Positions 1 through 13,957 of a stretch of 64,000 nucleotides of DNA are shown in pieces. The stretch comes from Octopus sinensis (Eukaryota): the NCBI RefSeq assembly GCF_006345805.1, contig NC_043007.1, forward strand, positions 74,462,001 through 74,526,000, in the 5' to 3' direction. The notes under the pieces were generated by a model, which saw only the letters and a list, made by a program, of their open reading frames with translations, had not been told where the DNA came from and did no database searches. Both the position numbers and the translations under genes were made by a program. Every line of letters begins with the position of its first letter. Positions within the stretch are counted from its first letter, which is position 1.

Positions 1-132
1 TTTTTTATTGGTAATGTTTTGAAATAATATACTGAGGAAGTTCTGAATTTAGCCCAGAAACTAAACTATGTTTTAAACAGTGGTTGATGTTTTGTATTTA
101 ATATTGGTGAGCTGGCAGAATTGCAAGCATGA

Positions 133-340
133 TCTTGTATCTTTTACTTGTTTCAGTCCTGAGCCTGCGGCCATGCTGGGGCACTGCCTTGAAGAATTTT
201 TAGTCGAATGGATCGAGCCCCAGTACTTTTTTTTTAAACCTGGTACTTATGCTGTCATTCTCTATTGCCAAACCACTAAGTTATGGGGATGAAAACACAC
301 CAACACCAGTTGTTACAAACACAAAGAAATATATGTATGT

Positions 341-382
<42 letters not shown>

Positions 383-541
383 GGTGGGCTTCTATCAGTT
401 TCTGTCTACCAAATCGACTCAGAAGGGCTTTGGTTGGCCTAAGGCTACAGTAGAAGATATTTGAGCATGGTGCCACACAGTGGGACTGAACCCAGATCAT
501 GTGGTTTGGAAACAAGCTTCTTACTACACCATCATGCCTGA
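133..541 (-). mobile_element. CORE-type SINE nested inside a Meta-type SINE (104-730, +)
   Basis: Reverse complement of the 31042 family; Meta head at ~104-130 resumes at ~541. Confidence 0.75.
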
Positions 542-3500
542 TGGGCAAAATACTTAGTGGCATTTCTTCCAGCTATTTACATTCTGTGTTAAAAGCTTCC
601 CTAGATCAACTTTGCCATTCATAGTTTTGGGGTGGATAAAATAAAGTGCCAGTCATGCACTGAGACTGCTGTAATCAACAAACCCCCCTTCCACTAACAT
701 TGCTGGCTTTTCGCCGACATTTGAAAGAATGTTGGTTTTGTGAAAATGTTTTTTGCTTATTGAATCTAGGGTTATATACTCTTTGTTATATATGAAGGCT
801 TGTGGCCTGTTGGTTAAGGTGTTGTACCCATGATCGTCAGATCCTGGGTTTGATTTCTGGACTGGGCAGCATGTTGTGTTGTTGAGCAAAACACTTCATT
901 TCACATTACTCTAGTGCTGTGTGGGGATTGGCATGTCAAAGAATAGACCCCCACATTTCCTCTGCGTGTTGTGAAAGGCAACTAAAAGAGGTTGAAGTAG
1001 GATTTGCACTCTGACCTCATAAAGCCCTCTTCACCAACAATGACTACCCAAAGAGACCCATGGGTTGGAGTGTAGTCATCTGATTGGCGGAAAGGTGTCA
1101 TCCACCAGGAGTAGTAGGGAATAACCAACAAATGGTGAGTGCAGCAACATACTGTTACAGTGTATACCTCCATATTACTACTACTACTACATGTAGGGGT
1201 TATCTGCTCTTTATTGTTTTTTTTTTTATTTTATAAAGGGTTTTTCTAAGTATAAATAATACTATTTATACTTATAAATCATATTATTTCAGTTTAGTGT
1301 TATTATTTATCAATTTATTAATTTATTTTGTATTTTTTCCTTGTTATTTTCTTTTTCATTTTGTTTAGATGACCCCTACTGTTGACAGCTTGATATTACC
1401 AGATGTGAAGTTTTATTCCAAAGTATATATTTTTTAATGGATTGAAAGCATTCTTTTTTTTTTTTACCTTTTAATCTTTTATCTTTATTTGAAACTTTAA
1501 ACTGCTAACCTTCACAATTGCTATAGCTGCCCACTGTTTTGCTTTTTTTTGATTCTCTAAAACTTCTTAGAAATACATCTTCATTTATATGTCAGTGACC
1601 AAACACCAGGAGCAGATGTTAGTTTAAATCTCTGCTCCAGTTATTCCTTGTCTTTTACACAAAGTATCTCTTCATCCCTATACACTCGGTAAAGTGTTAT
1701 GTTTTATCAATACTGATCATAAGCACTTTGTGCTGATCTTAATGTATGCCATACAAATATGTAAGAGATGATGAAAAAGAAGGGCTCATACAAAAGGGAT
1801 TAGATTGTATTGAAATTTTAACTCCTTAACCATGACTTCAAGTATTTCCCTTTCTGTCTTGGTATACCTAGACTTTTATTTTGCAGTGTTGTGCTTAGCT
1901 TCACCTTTTGATTGCAAGAAAACTGTCCAACAAAATAATTTTTCATTTTTTTTTTTTGTTAAAGATTAGGATAATTAAAAGAAAATAGGAAGCAAGTTTC
2001 AGCTAAAAGAAGAAAAATGACATGTTCCAAATATGGGGCAGGGGTAGTTTATTGCATGAATGAATGGTTTACATTAGGGTTCCATACGGAAGGAGGATAG
2101 TATATTTTGATAATGTATGGTTGGAATTTAGGTTTCTTAGGGCTGTATTTTTGTGGTTAAAAAACTTCATAGTGTGTTGAGTTTAGTGTTTATTGAGAAG
2201 AAACTGTGTGTATGAAACAAAAGGCTAAGTGTTTCAGATTGTTTGATTGGAGGAGGAGTACATTTGTAAATTGTGTAAATCATCTTTGAGCAATCAAGAA
2301 GAGGCAAAGAAAAATGAAGAACACCAATGAACCAAAGGTTGAAAAAAAATCCAGTAAAGCTTGAATTATCAATAAGATGGCTTAAGTTGCAGCAAATGTG
2401 AGACAAATACTCCTTTGTGAGTCCTATTAGAATGTTTTAGACTCTCAAATGCTGTTTCTGTCATAAGTAACCCTTAGTTCTAACTATTTGATATGTAGTG
2501 ATGTGGTTGAAAAAGATAAGTGATTTGAGTAGTTATGTTAGTTGTAGATAAACTTTATCCATCCTTCATTCTTAATACTGTCCCTCTCCACTCACATTTT
2601 ACATTGACCACCTTTCTGTACCACCAAATTATCTCTCTTTCTCTACATCTCCCACTCTCTCCAAGCACTACACTTCCTTTCCCCTCACACTCTTGCCATC
2701 TAACCAGCCACACATGTCTCTTTCTCGCATCCTTCCTCTGTCTACTGTATCATTATTATTATCCTGTTGATCTTCACCCCTTTCTGTACTGTTTGTCATC
2801 TCCTATTCACCCATATCTCCCCAGTTTATATGTATCATTGTTTACCCTTTTCCTCTCCTTACTACCTTCGTCTCTCAACCATATCCAGTCTGTACAATCA
2901 TCACCTATTCCTCCCTCCAACTATATTCATTATCTCTCAACACTTGCTTTTCATTCATTGTATTTGCTCCCATTCCCCATCACTCTCTCTCTCCATACAT
3001 TATTGCAACCTCTATCTATGCACCCTCTTCTGTACCCTCTCACTTCTACTCACCCTGACACTTCATCACCACTAGTTTTCCAGTTCCATTCCAATTACTC
3101 CCACTCTTGTATACTTTGAGTTCTCATGTAGCTCCTCTACAGCAGGAAATCTGTTCTGTCCACTTCTCATAATTTAACACCTCATCTCCTAGTATAAAGC
3201 CCCCACCCTCTCCACTATAGTCAAGCTCAGTCAAAGGGATCTTAGTCTTGCAAACTGCATGGTGACCTCACTTGTGCTGGTGCCATGAAAAAATAGCAAC
3301 CAGCACACTCTGTAAAGTGGTTGGTGTTAGGAAGGTATCAAGCCATAGAAATTATACCAAAACTGACATTCAAACTCAATGCAGACCTCAGTCCTACTTG
3401 ATCCTGTCAAAGTATCCAATCCATGCCAGCATGGAGGAGGGTTTTTAAAAGATGACAATGATGATGATAGGTACAGAATAGTGAGATGTTTTGTATGTAT

Positions 3501-4334
3501 AAGTACAGAGTTGGTGATATATTACTTTTACAGTTAACTCAGTTTTTCCAATTGATTATTTTCTTATTTGGTAAGCTTTAAACTCTTGTATAATGTTTAT
3601 TAACCCGTTTTCAAGCCTTACAACTTTTCTGCTTCTGAATGACTTGATTATTTTTTGTTCTTGCAATCATAGTTGGTGCAGTTTAACCCTACACATTGAT
3701 AAGGGTTACTAAATAGGGAACAATCTTCAATAGATTGATGGGTATTCTCTTCTTTGTTTAACTGTCTGAAATAGTGTTATTTGGGAGGGTTTACCGGCTG
3801 TTAGAGTAATAGTTTTCAGTTACAACGCTTGCTGTTGTTGCAGTTTATGCATCTAGCAGAGTTGCCAGCTGAGGATCTTGGGCCTAGATTTCATTGCTAA
3901 GTGTCACCAGTTCATCTTTAGCTTCATATCTAACTGTTGTATGCTTATAATTTCCATAGTTTGGATTCAATACACTCTCATGTTCAATGAATGTCTCTTT
4001 GTGATGCAATTGCTTTGCAGTGAAAATAGTTTGAGCTGAAGTTTTGAAGTTTGTCTTTGTATTATTGCAGTCTTTTCATACATAGGTGTGTAACTAGATC
4101 ATTAAACCCATACCATGCTTTCACAGAGGTATTTGAGTGGCCATCAACATCAGCAAGGTTTGATAATGGTTTGTCCTGCTGATTTCATATGTAATATGTT
4201 CCCCGATCATCTTGTTGCCACTTCTTTGTTTTCATTCAGTGATGACTGATGATATCTGTACAAATACTTTCTTGAAACACAAGTATGGATTTAATAGTCT
4301 AGTTAACTACTTATGTGAGTGTGTGTATGCGCAT

Positions 4335-4378
<44 letters not shown>

Positions 4379-4389
4379 GCATGCACGCA

Positions 4390-5575
4390 CATTGGATGCA
4401 TTTGAGGTATTTGAGGACATATTTGATAATTTAATAAATCTACTATAATCTAGCAAAAACAAAATAAAATTTGGGAATATGTTCACAATAAATCTTTTTT
4501 TTTTCCCAAGATTATTCTATGAATCTGCCTTCAGTTTCAATGACTGTTTCTATGTGGGACTAGAATCATTGACATATCTGCACTAAGTGATCTTTATTCA
4601 TTTAGGGCATCACCTGGACAATGGCAGTCTTCAGTGAAGCTATAGTATTATGAAGATGTTGATTAGTCTCCTTTTCAACAATGCTCCAAATGTAGTTGTC
4701 TATGGAATTAAAATCTGGTAAGTTTGGAAGCCACAAGTGTGACATCTATTCTTAGGTTATGTGAGCTTTGTGAGAAGGTACTGAGTGTTGTTAAAACACA
4801 TATGACCTTCTAATGCCATACTTCATCCATTGAAGGCTTAACAATAACATTAATTCTCAGACCTTGTGGAAAGATTTGAGTAACATGACATGATACACCA
4901 CTCCTAAAACCATTTCAGTTACTGGAAACTTATGTGCATCACTCTAGGGACATCAAAAGAACTGCACAAAACCATCTGCCATTTCTCCTGTTAGACTTTT
5001 GGTCTTTGTCAAAGTTTTTCTAATCAGAGAAGAACTAAAACATGCCATGTTCATGAAGGTTTTTAACCTTGTTAAGTTATTGCTTGGCACAGATCAAATT
5101 TTTTATTTATTTAGTCTGTCTTTGCAGACAGGAATTGGCTTCTCCTCAGTATATACAACTTGTCCACATACTTCTGGTAATCCACTCTGAAGTTCTGTGA
5201 CAGTGGCCCTCATTGATTTTTCCGGAATCATTACTGATATTATTTTCAACCTGTTGGATGAATTCTGGTGTCTTTATTATGTTTAAGCATTTAGAATGTT
5301 TCTTCCTCTTTGATACAGTTGAAACATTGCTGGCAAAGGCTTCCAGTTCCATCGCAACTTTTATGTACCAGTCTTGCCCAATTTAGAAAGTTGGCAGTTT
5401 CTAAATTGTTGTGTTCCATACATAGTGCAACAATGATTTCAGACTGCATGTCTTTCCATTTCTTGTGTTAGCATTCTATCTGCCGTAAGGGATCTGAAAC
5501 ATTATAAAGCTTTTAATTTGTTTGAAGAGAACATTAAATGATAATTGTCCTCAAATACCCATCACAACCTCTGTG
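4390..5575 (-). mobile_element. Decayed maT-type (DD37D) Tc1/mariner DNA transposon
   Basis: Minus-strand remnants FFSD*KNFDKDQKSNRRNGRW, MVLGVV, PQGLRIN, LPDFNSIDNYIWSIVEKETNQHLHNT; degenerate TIRs (ggtatttgaggaca ~4400 / tgtcctcaaatacc ~5550). Confidence 0.8.
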
Positions 5576-7582
5576 TGTGTATGTATGTATATTTGTACAT
5601 ACTTGTAGGTGAGATATCAGGGTTATTAAATATTTCAAGGCAAAAAGTCTATTTGTATTTATATTTGATTTATTCCCAATTACGTTGCTGTGGCTTTCTA
5701 ATTACTGTTTTACATGCACACATACACACACATACACACATTATTTGCTTTACAAATGTTTATTTTATTATTTAAAACATGTAGTTTTGCTGTGGAGTGT
5801 AACTTTAGAATCATATGCCACCACGTGGCTGTACAAGTTGTGCATTGAACTATCTGTACAGGTTTGAGTTTACATGAGGTCTTGATAGAGTTTGCTATTA
5901 TGATATACAGAAGAAACAACCAAAGTACCTTAATCCATACAGGGTTACATAGTCATATTAGTTTGACACCTTATAAGAAATTTCATTTGTTATGAAGTGT
6001 AAATATGTTTGCACTGACCTCTTATATATGTGGGGATAACCAACAGGAAAGTGCTTTATTATTTTATGTCTGATGTACTATACTTTCTGGAAGGCTGAAT
6101 ATAAGTTTAGAACTTGACCACTCACGCATTCAGGTTTTCCTTATAATGTGTGTGAGTTCCCTTAATTGATGCCATGTTTCATGTGGGTTGTTTGCTATAT
6201 TTGTATTGCTTTCATATTGTGATTAATTGATTCTGAGGAAACAGCAACATGTTGATGTAAGGATCTTCGGGGAAAGCATGCTCAATGCTAACCTAGAAGT
6301 AGATCTTGTAAGAAAGCCTTATAGAGTGCATGCATGTGCAGTTTATATAGCTGGTAATGCATGTCTCAGTATTACATTGATTTGTAGCCATACTGGTGTT
6401 TTGAGTCTTCTTGCAGATCTGCTGAGGTGGAATTGTTTCTGCACATGTCTAAGGTTCTCTTTCAATGTGTGGTTGAAGTGAAGCAAACCCCTATTCAACA
6501 GATATGGAGCATCACATGCTTTGTCCTAAAGAATTTTCTTTGTGTAGGTGTGGCTGTGCAGTTAAGGAGCTTGATTCCCAACCATGTAGTCTTCAGTTCG
6601 GTCCCACTGCATGGCATTTTGGGCAAGTGTCTTCTACTATAGCTGTATGCTGACTAAAGCCTTTTAAGTGAATTTGGTGGATGGGAACTGAAAGAATCTC
6701 ATTGTGTGTGTATGTGTGTATATATAAGGAAGCATGTGTTTGTAAGTACCCTTGTCTTGGCATCATTTGATGGTAAAGAAGCATCATCATTATACAGGTG
6801 ATGTTGTTCACTATTATGGAAACAGGTGAGGGTTGGTGACAAGAAGGACATCTGGTTGTAGAGAATCTACCTGAACCATGCAAGCATGGAAAGGTGGAGC
6901 TACCCCAGCCTCTTCTCCATACCTTAGCCTTCGTCTTAAGGATGAGCCCTCCCTCCTTGGGTTTTGCAGACTTGTGAGCTGCATGGTGATTTCGCTAGTG
7001 CTAGTGGTACAAAAAGCACACCCAAACCATGCTGGAAAGTGGTTGGCATTAGAAAGGGCATCCAGCTTTAGAAACCTTGCTGAAGCAGATGGTGGATATG
7101 ATGTAGTCTTCAGGCTCATCAGTTACTGTCAAACAGTCCAACCTATGTCAGCATGGAAATTTAGACATTAAATAATGGCAATTATGTGGCTTACTTACTA
7201 ATCTTCAATTTTAAAGTTTTTGCTTAAATTCATTTTGTACTTGGCAAGGCTGCTGTAATTCTTAACGTTATCAAGTTATGATAAGACCATTAATATCTCC
7301 TATATACTACTTGTGCTTTTGCTCTTTATAGCACCACATTACAATCACCTTGTAGCATCTTGTTTCATTTTTGCCACTGACCAAGTGAACATTCCAACTA
7401 CCTGAAATGGCTTTAAGTCTGTTTGCCAAGTAATTCAGTATTAAGAGATATTCTATTTTTATGATTGGTCCATGGTAGGTAGATAAAGGAGTAATGTTTC
7501 GTGATTGATTATTGGTGTAGAGTACTGACTGGTGAGTTGGCTAGTAAAGCAATTTGATGTTTAATACACATCTTTTATTTTA

Positions 7583-7782
7583 TGTTTATTACTTGTTTCA
7601 GTCATTAGACTGTGGCCATGTTGGGGCACTGCCTTGAAGAAATTTTAGTTGAATGAATCAACCCCAGTACTTATATGTTTTTAAGCCTGGCACTTATTCT
7701 GTCAGTCTCTTTTGCCAACTGCTAAGTTACTGAGACGTAAACACACCAACACCAGTTATCAGGTGGTGGTAGAGGACAAAGA

Positions 7783-7818
<36 letters not shown>

Positions 7819-7980
7819 GGGCTTCTTTCAGTTTCTATCTACTGAATCCACTCAAGGCTTTGATCATCCCAAGGCTAAAGTAGAAGACATTTGCCCAAGG
7901 TGCTATGCAGTGGGACTGAACCTGGAACCATGTAGGTTGGGAAGCAAACTTCCTACCACACAGCCACGCCTCTGCCTATG
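7583..7980 (-). mobile_element. CORE-type SINE
   Basis: Reverse complement of the 31042 family. Confidence 0.8.
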
Positions 7981-9089
7981 CTAAAAATTCTTATCTGAAG
8001 TTTCTGCGAGTTAAAAAGAAAGCTTCTTAGTCAGACTTAGACAACCATCTTATTCTTAAGTCACTGAATGTGATATCCAGCAGAGCCGAGAAAGTGCAAG
8101 GACCTCTCCTTTTTCAGTATTGTTTAAAGAAACAAAATGTGAGACTTTGCTCCATTGAATAGATGCTGCTATGCTCTGTGAATAGTTAGATTGGAGGATC
8201 CTGTCAATTTACTCTAGCTTTTCTGGCTTGGAAATGAGTATGTGAATGGAAGACAGAATTGAAATGACAGTTCACCTGAAGATGAAATATTTTACAGCAA
8301 ATAAGGAAAATGAAGTACATTTGACCTCTTTCTACAAGTGTACTCTGACAATACTGTTAAATAATTGAAGGGCAATTTCATCTAGAGTACTATTATAACT
8401 TTGGTTGACACAAACTGAAAGTAGCCCATCATACATAGGTATGTGTGTATAAATATATATGTGTGAGTGTGTATAATATGTATGAATGTATTTCTATCTA
8501 TATATATGTAGGGATACATTTATATGGGTGTGTGTGTGTGTGTGTAATATGTATGTATGTATGTGTGTGTGTGTATGTATGTACCTATGTATTCACATGT
8601 ATATATATCCTTCTTCTGTCATCATGTGATAGCTGTAAACATGCTTTTCCTTTGTTTCCAATATTCTGTGGAAACATGTCCATCCATGGGGAAACATGTA
8701 AGGGTTGGCAACAGAAAGACATCCAAGGATAAAAAATTTGCCTTGACGCCTGCATGGAAAAGTGGACATTAAAATGACAATGATGATGATATATAATGTA
8801 TTAATACATTTACACAAACTTAGACGTGTGTGTGTATGTATGTATAGGTGTACATATACGTATATATATATCTACAGTTTGAAACTTTAATCAACGTCAT
8901 TATTAATAAATATAAACTATATGGAATGTGTTGAGTGTTCAGTTGTTTTGTACACTTATCCGTCTGTACATCTATTTATCTATATTATTATTATTATTAT
9001 TTCACTTAGGCATAGCTGCACTAATCTCCTGGTGCTGGAACTCTACATATGCTTCAGAGCAAAGCGTCAGTTGAGTACAGAGCAGTAAT

Positions 9090-9258
9090 AAATTAAAATG
9101 ACAAGGAATAAGGAAATTAAACTTCATTTACAAAGCTCTGATGAAGCTACAGGGTGATACACAAGCATTCAACAGTGAGTGCATTGCACCTTGTAGCAGA
9201 AACAGCTGTAAGCTAATGAAGTTCATGACAATTTCTTATTCTCTTGTCATTTTAATTT
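9090..9258 (+). ncRNA. Type I hammerhead ribozyme-like motif (family A) at the apex of a long hairpin
   Basis: CTGATGA 9138-9144; stem II GCTACAGGGTG 9146-9156 / CACCTTGTAGC 9187-9197; GAAA 9199-9202; palindrome ACAGCTGT 9202-9209; GUA site; extended stem I. Confidence 0.75.
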
Positions 9259-9529
9259 CTTATAAATATATGTATTAAGTATTTTTATGAGCTTGTAATT
9301 TTGACTTCTATATTTCCTATGTTTTCCCTTAGGAGAAGGAAAATGAGTTATATAAAAACTGTTACCCACAGCAGGAATCAGTATTACAAGAAGGTTGTGT
9401 GTACTAGAGCAGCCTTACTTTCAACATGTTCTCATCTGAAGAGCAGGCATCTAATCAGTTGTTCTGATGCATAAAAATTTCATTTAAAAATGTTTTTGAA
9501 ATATACTTCAATAGAATATAGTGAACAAC

Positions 9530-10260
9530 TATTGAAGAAGTGGCAAGAAGCAACAAAAATTTTAGAAGAAAAATAAGTGAGTGGAAATTGAACTGGTGAG
9601 TGTGTTAATTAATAAGGCATTGAAACAGAATGACTCTCCCCAGACACAACAAAATATGTTTCAACACACGAATTCATATAAAGAATCTGGCAAACCAAAT
9701 ACATAAACGAAATTTAAAATTAACTTTAACCCTTTAGCATTCAGATTACTCTGTCAAATTTAAAATTTATTTATTTACATTGCTTTAAATTAACCATGCA
9801 TTATCTTGAGGCTTTGAGATTTTGACAATGGGATTGTTGATTTTTAGAATGACATTGTAGGGTAAGTGTGAGGGATCAGATCTGGCTGGTTTGTATATAA
9901 ATCATGTAGACTATTTGGACCAAATGTGACCGGCTTATATGCCAAAGAGTTAAGTGGAGAAATAACCTATTTCTTCTGTTGTGTCTGGGGAGAGTCATTT
10001 TCTTCTTGTGCCTTATAATGTAACACACCCACCAGTAAAATTTCCACCTATTTCTTATTTTTATTTTCTTAAAATTTTTGTTGCATCTTGCAACCTTTTC
10101 AATAGTCGTGACTTTAGGAAAATAAAAATAAGAAATAAGTGGGAATTTAACCGATGAGTGTGTTATATTATAAAGCACAAAAAGAAAATGACTCTCCCCA
10201 AACACAACAGAATATGCTTCAACACACGAACTCATATAACGAATCTTGCAAACCAAATCC
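9530..10260. repeat. Three-copy (+,-,+) ~130-170-bp diverged repeat forming a fold-back
   Basis: aatgactctccccagacacaacaaaatatg at ~9628, reverse complement at ~9975-10000, again at ~10190. Confidence 0.75.
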
Positions 10261-10998
10261 CAAAATGAAATAACCTATTTCTCTTCTATAACATAAGATA
10301 ACAATTGAACTGAAATAAGAATAAACTGATTTGGAAATAGAGAAATATTTCTATCAGAATAAAAGTTCATTGTTTGGTACATACACTTTTGATTGTTGTT
10401 TGAGTTATGTTGCTGTGGTTAATGAACACTTTATGAGTGGAACTTGTGAATCTAAATGTCAGCGTTGTTTTAATTATTGTTGCAGTTTTTCCAATCTTGT
10501 ATCAAATTAAGTTTGTTGCTTTATCACCTCTGTTTTTGACTTCTGTCTAAATGAATATTATCTTCTGGCAGATTTTGTGTGTGCATGTGTGTGTGTGTAC
10601 ATGCACACATGTGCACACACATACATATGCATATACATACATGCATAGGGTGGGAGTTTACAAAATATACAATTAATTAATTTTCTGTTTAAAATAAATA
10701 CTTTTAAGAGAAGATTCCAGAAATTAAATTACCTTAACTTTACCCATTTTTATTTAAAAGAGGTTAAACAACTTTTAGCAAATGTGATTTCCTTCTTATA
10801 TTTGCTGGTGACTTTGCTTTATTTGAAACATGCAATGTACTAATAATTTCCTTGGTTACAGTAAAAAGAAAAGTGAGAAATCATTATTAAAAAAAAAATA
10901 ATGATTTCCCACTCAGTATTGTTGGATATGGAATCTTGGGTAAAATATTTGTGGATTGAATTGTTTCTTCATCTCATCTTCAAATTTGAATATTTCAG

Positions 10999-11091
10999 AT
11001 TCTTTCTGAATTGGAAGTGAAAAGGAGACCAAAACCACCTATACGTGGCAAAGGCCCAGGTAACAGAGTCAAAGAACGACCAAAGTCTTTG
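10999..11091 (+). CDS. CCDC9: CCDC9-like gene, first confidently placed coding exon (ILSELEVKRRPKPPIRGKGPGNRVKERPKSL); more coding exons expected upstream
   Basis: tttcag acceptor, ttg|gtatgt donor; 93 nt, only one open frame, phase 0-0, joins the next exon in frame; no in-frame ATG. Confidence 0.65.
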
Positions 11092-12171
11092 GTATGTATT
11101 CCATTCTATGAGTTCATTGTAAAGGTTTATTTACTTGCTATAAGGTATCAATAAATTACTTAGATTATTGATCAGATATTGGATGAGGCCGCAAGCTGGC
11201 AGAACCATAAGCAAGTTGAGCAACAAAATGCTTAGCACTTCTTCTAGCTCTTTATCTTCTGAGTTTAAATTCCACTGAGGCTGACTTTGACCCTTATCCC
11301 TTTGGGATTAATAAAATGAAATACCAATCAAATACTAGGGCCAGTGGTATTGACTGAACCCTTCCCCTCAAAACTACTGGTTTTGTGCTCAGATTTGGAA
11401 CCATTATTTATTAAATAATTTTGATAAGGATTCCGATTTTTATTAGATTTTTCTTAATGATTCTTTCTTACTTTGTGAGGAATGTTCTAGAATATCTATT
11501 ACATTACAGATTAAGATTCCCTATTGATACAATTATCTGTTCTAGTTTTAGCTATGTAAATCAGTGAAGCATTAATGTGTTGAGTTTTCCATCCATCCAT
11601 CCATCCACCCTTCCTTCCTTCCTTCTTTCATTTTTTCTTTCTTTCTTTCTTTCTATCTATCATAGAGGAATTGGTGAACTGTATCTATTACCTTGTTTCA
11701 ATTCCCTGTTGGAGTTACTATTCTAAGGTTTCCAATTTACTCTGTGAATTGTTGATATCCACTCTACATAAGTGTCTTTAGTTGAAAATTAGATCTTTCA
11801 TTTTCCTCATTTTTAATGAGATTGTTCAAGTATGAGGTCTGCCCTGGTGACCAGCTATTGTAAGCAAGATAACCATTTCAAGATAAATCTCAGCCGGATC
11901 TATGTAACATTTTTATCTCATTCTATCGCTCCTGGGTAGTTTTGCAATTTTTAACTGTTCAGTTTAGAAACTGATGTCTTAAACTTCAGAATTATTTCTA
12001 ATGCTGATTACTCTTCTGTGAAGTGATACATTTCTATATCAGGCAAATGATATATATTTTAACAATTCTATCATTGAAAAAGGATTCAGAGGCAATGAAA
12101 TAAAATTTCAAAAATTGAAAGCATAAAATACAGAGATGTAAGTAGATGCACTGCAGTAAATAATTTACTGC

Positions 12172-12400
12172 TTAACCCTTTCATTACCAACCTGGCCAAA
12201 ACCAGCTCTGGCTCTGTAGTACAAATGTCTTGTTTTCATAAGTTTTGCATCAAAATATACCACCAAACCTTAGTTGCAATTTATATTCCTTATATTAGTT
12301 TAATGATAACTAAGTTATTTTACTAAATTCTTTGTTATATTTAAAATAATTGAAAGAAACACAGAGCATCTCAAAATAAATACAGTAACGAAAGGGTTAA
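12172..12400. mobile_element. piggyBac-like MITE
   Basis: TIRs ttaaccctttcattac / gtaacgaaagggttaa with TTAA ends. Confidence 0.8.
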
Positions 12401-13725
12401 TGGTCTTAGGTATACATTTTGCTTGGATAACTAAGGAAAACTAATAATGTTTAATTAGGAAAAGTAATGATGTTTATTTAGTGGCTTTCTATCTGATTCT
12501 GTGATAAATTGCCCCCAGTTACTCTCTGTAAAATCATTAGTGATAGGAAGGGTATCAGCTATAGAAAATAAAATCCAAATGGAACATATGTGAAACATAG
12601 TTCCTGATCTCTCTAGGAGGACTAGAACTGTTTACAAGTACTCAGTTCCTGCTGTTTTAGCCAATGTATAGCAACAGAGAAAGTAAGATATAAAATAATT
12701 GTATGTAGCATTCTCCCCCAAGATAATGTATATTGAGTAGACAGACAGACCTGAAGCTAATCTGATGCAGAAAGGGCATGTCTTTGGTGAGGTTACGAAC
12801 AACAACAAAAGGGCTTTCACAAGCATAACCGTTTGATTGATTAGTAAAACTGAATGCTTAATCAAACAATTGATTAGTCAATTGGTTGACCAATTGACAA
12901 ATAGATATTAAAAAAGTGAACTACAATCAGTGCATGTCTTTATTATTGGCATAATGACCCTCCTAAGATACAACACAAACTGACAAAAATTCTACATTAA
13001 CGCTTATCATAAAATAAATTATATTGAATCATTATTTCTTTTAATATGCTGTTTCTTGTATATTTTCTTTGATCTTAAACTGCTGTCCCCATTTACTTTG
13101 GTTAACTGAATGGAAGAAGCTGTGTAATATGTATTAATTTAGTATTTGACAATTTATTTTGAATCTTTCTCGGTGAATGAAAGTAATAGTCAAGCTAGTT
13201 CTTAGCATATCTGACAGCATGAAACTGGCATTGGCCTGCAGGACATACTCATTAAGCTTATAGGAGGCCCACGTTTGCATTTAGGACCTGGGATGATGTT
13301 TTTGAGACATTGGGGGGAGGGAGTTCTATATGCCATCAAATATGGTAATTCCCAAGATTAAAATAACTAAGATTTTAATCTTTTAGGGAATTCCTTGTAC
13401 ATGTTGTAGACATACATTCATGTAAAATATTGTGGACAAATGTTCATCAAAAATATTTATTATGACGGCATATAATTTTTGTGATAAAACTGTATCGCTT
13501 AATATATGTATGTTTGATATAAATAAAAAAATAAAACTTTATAAAGTTTAAATAATATGCATGAATGCATATTTTATGTTTTTGCTACTTTTATAAACAT
13601 TAACCAGCATGTAGATTTTATTTTTTTTAATATGTTTTATTTTGGGTTTATTAATATTTGTATCCCAGATTTAACTGCTATTACTAATGAATTGTAAAAT
13701 TTGAAAATTCAAGTATTTTCATCTA

Positions 13726-13957
13726 TTGACCCTTTAGCATTTAATCCAGCCATATCTGGCCCAAATATTTTTACCTGTTTTATGTTAAAACTGACCTGAT
13801 CCAAATCTCTCACACCTACCTTACAATGTCATTGTTACAAATATACAAATGCACCATTGAAATCTCGAAGCTACAAGACAATACATGATTAATTCAAAAC
13901 AAAAGAGAATAAATAAGTATTACATTTGAGAAAAAGATCTTTATTCTAAAGGGTTAA
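13726..13957. mobile_element. piggyBac-like MITE, second family (other copies ~9727-9880, ~33775-33990, ~37040-37640)
   Basis: tt(g/a)accctttagcatt...ctaaagggttaa ends; shared internal cagccatatctggcccaaatatt...tacaatgtcatt; the 37-kb copy is split by a SINE. Confidence 0.75.

Noticed and set aside
1369-1422. Candidate exon MTPTVDSLILPDVKFYSK after a strong pyrimidine tract
   Set aside because: Weak donor and no recognisable homology
2535-3119. 194-aa ORF
   Set aside because: Product of a pyrimidine-rich low-complexity stretch with no domain; probably decayed repeat
9333-9393. Candidate upstream exon (EKENELYKNCYPQQES) after a good acceptor
   Set aside because: The phase-0 donor (tca|gtatta) is weak, the alternative donor gives the wrong phase, and similarity to the CCDC9 N-terminus is limited to a few residues; needs RNA data
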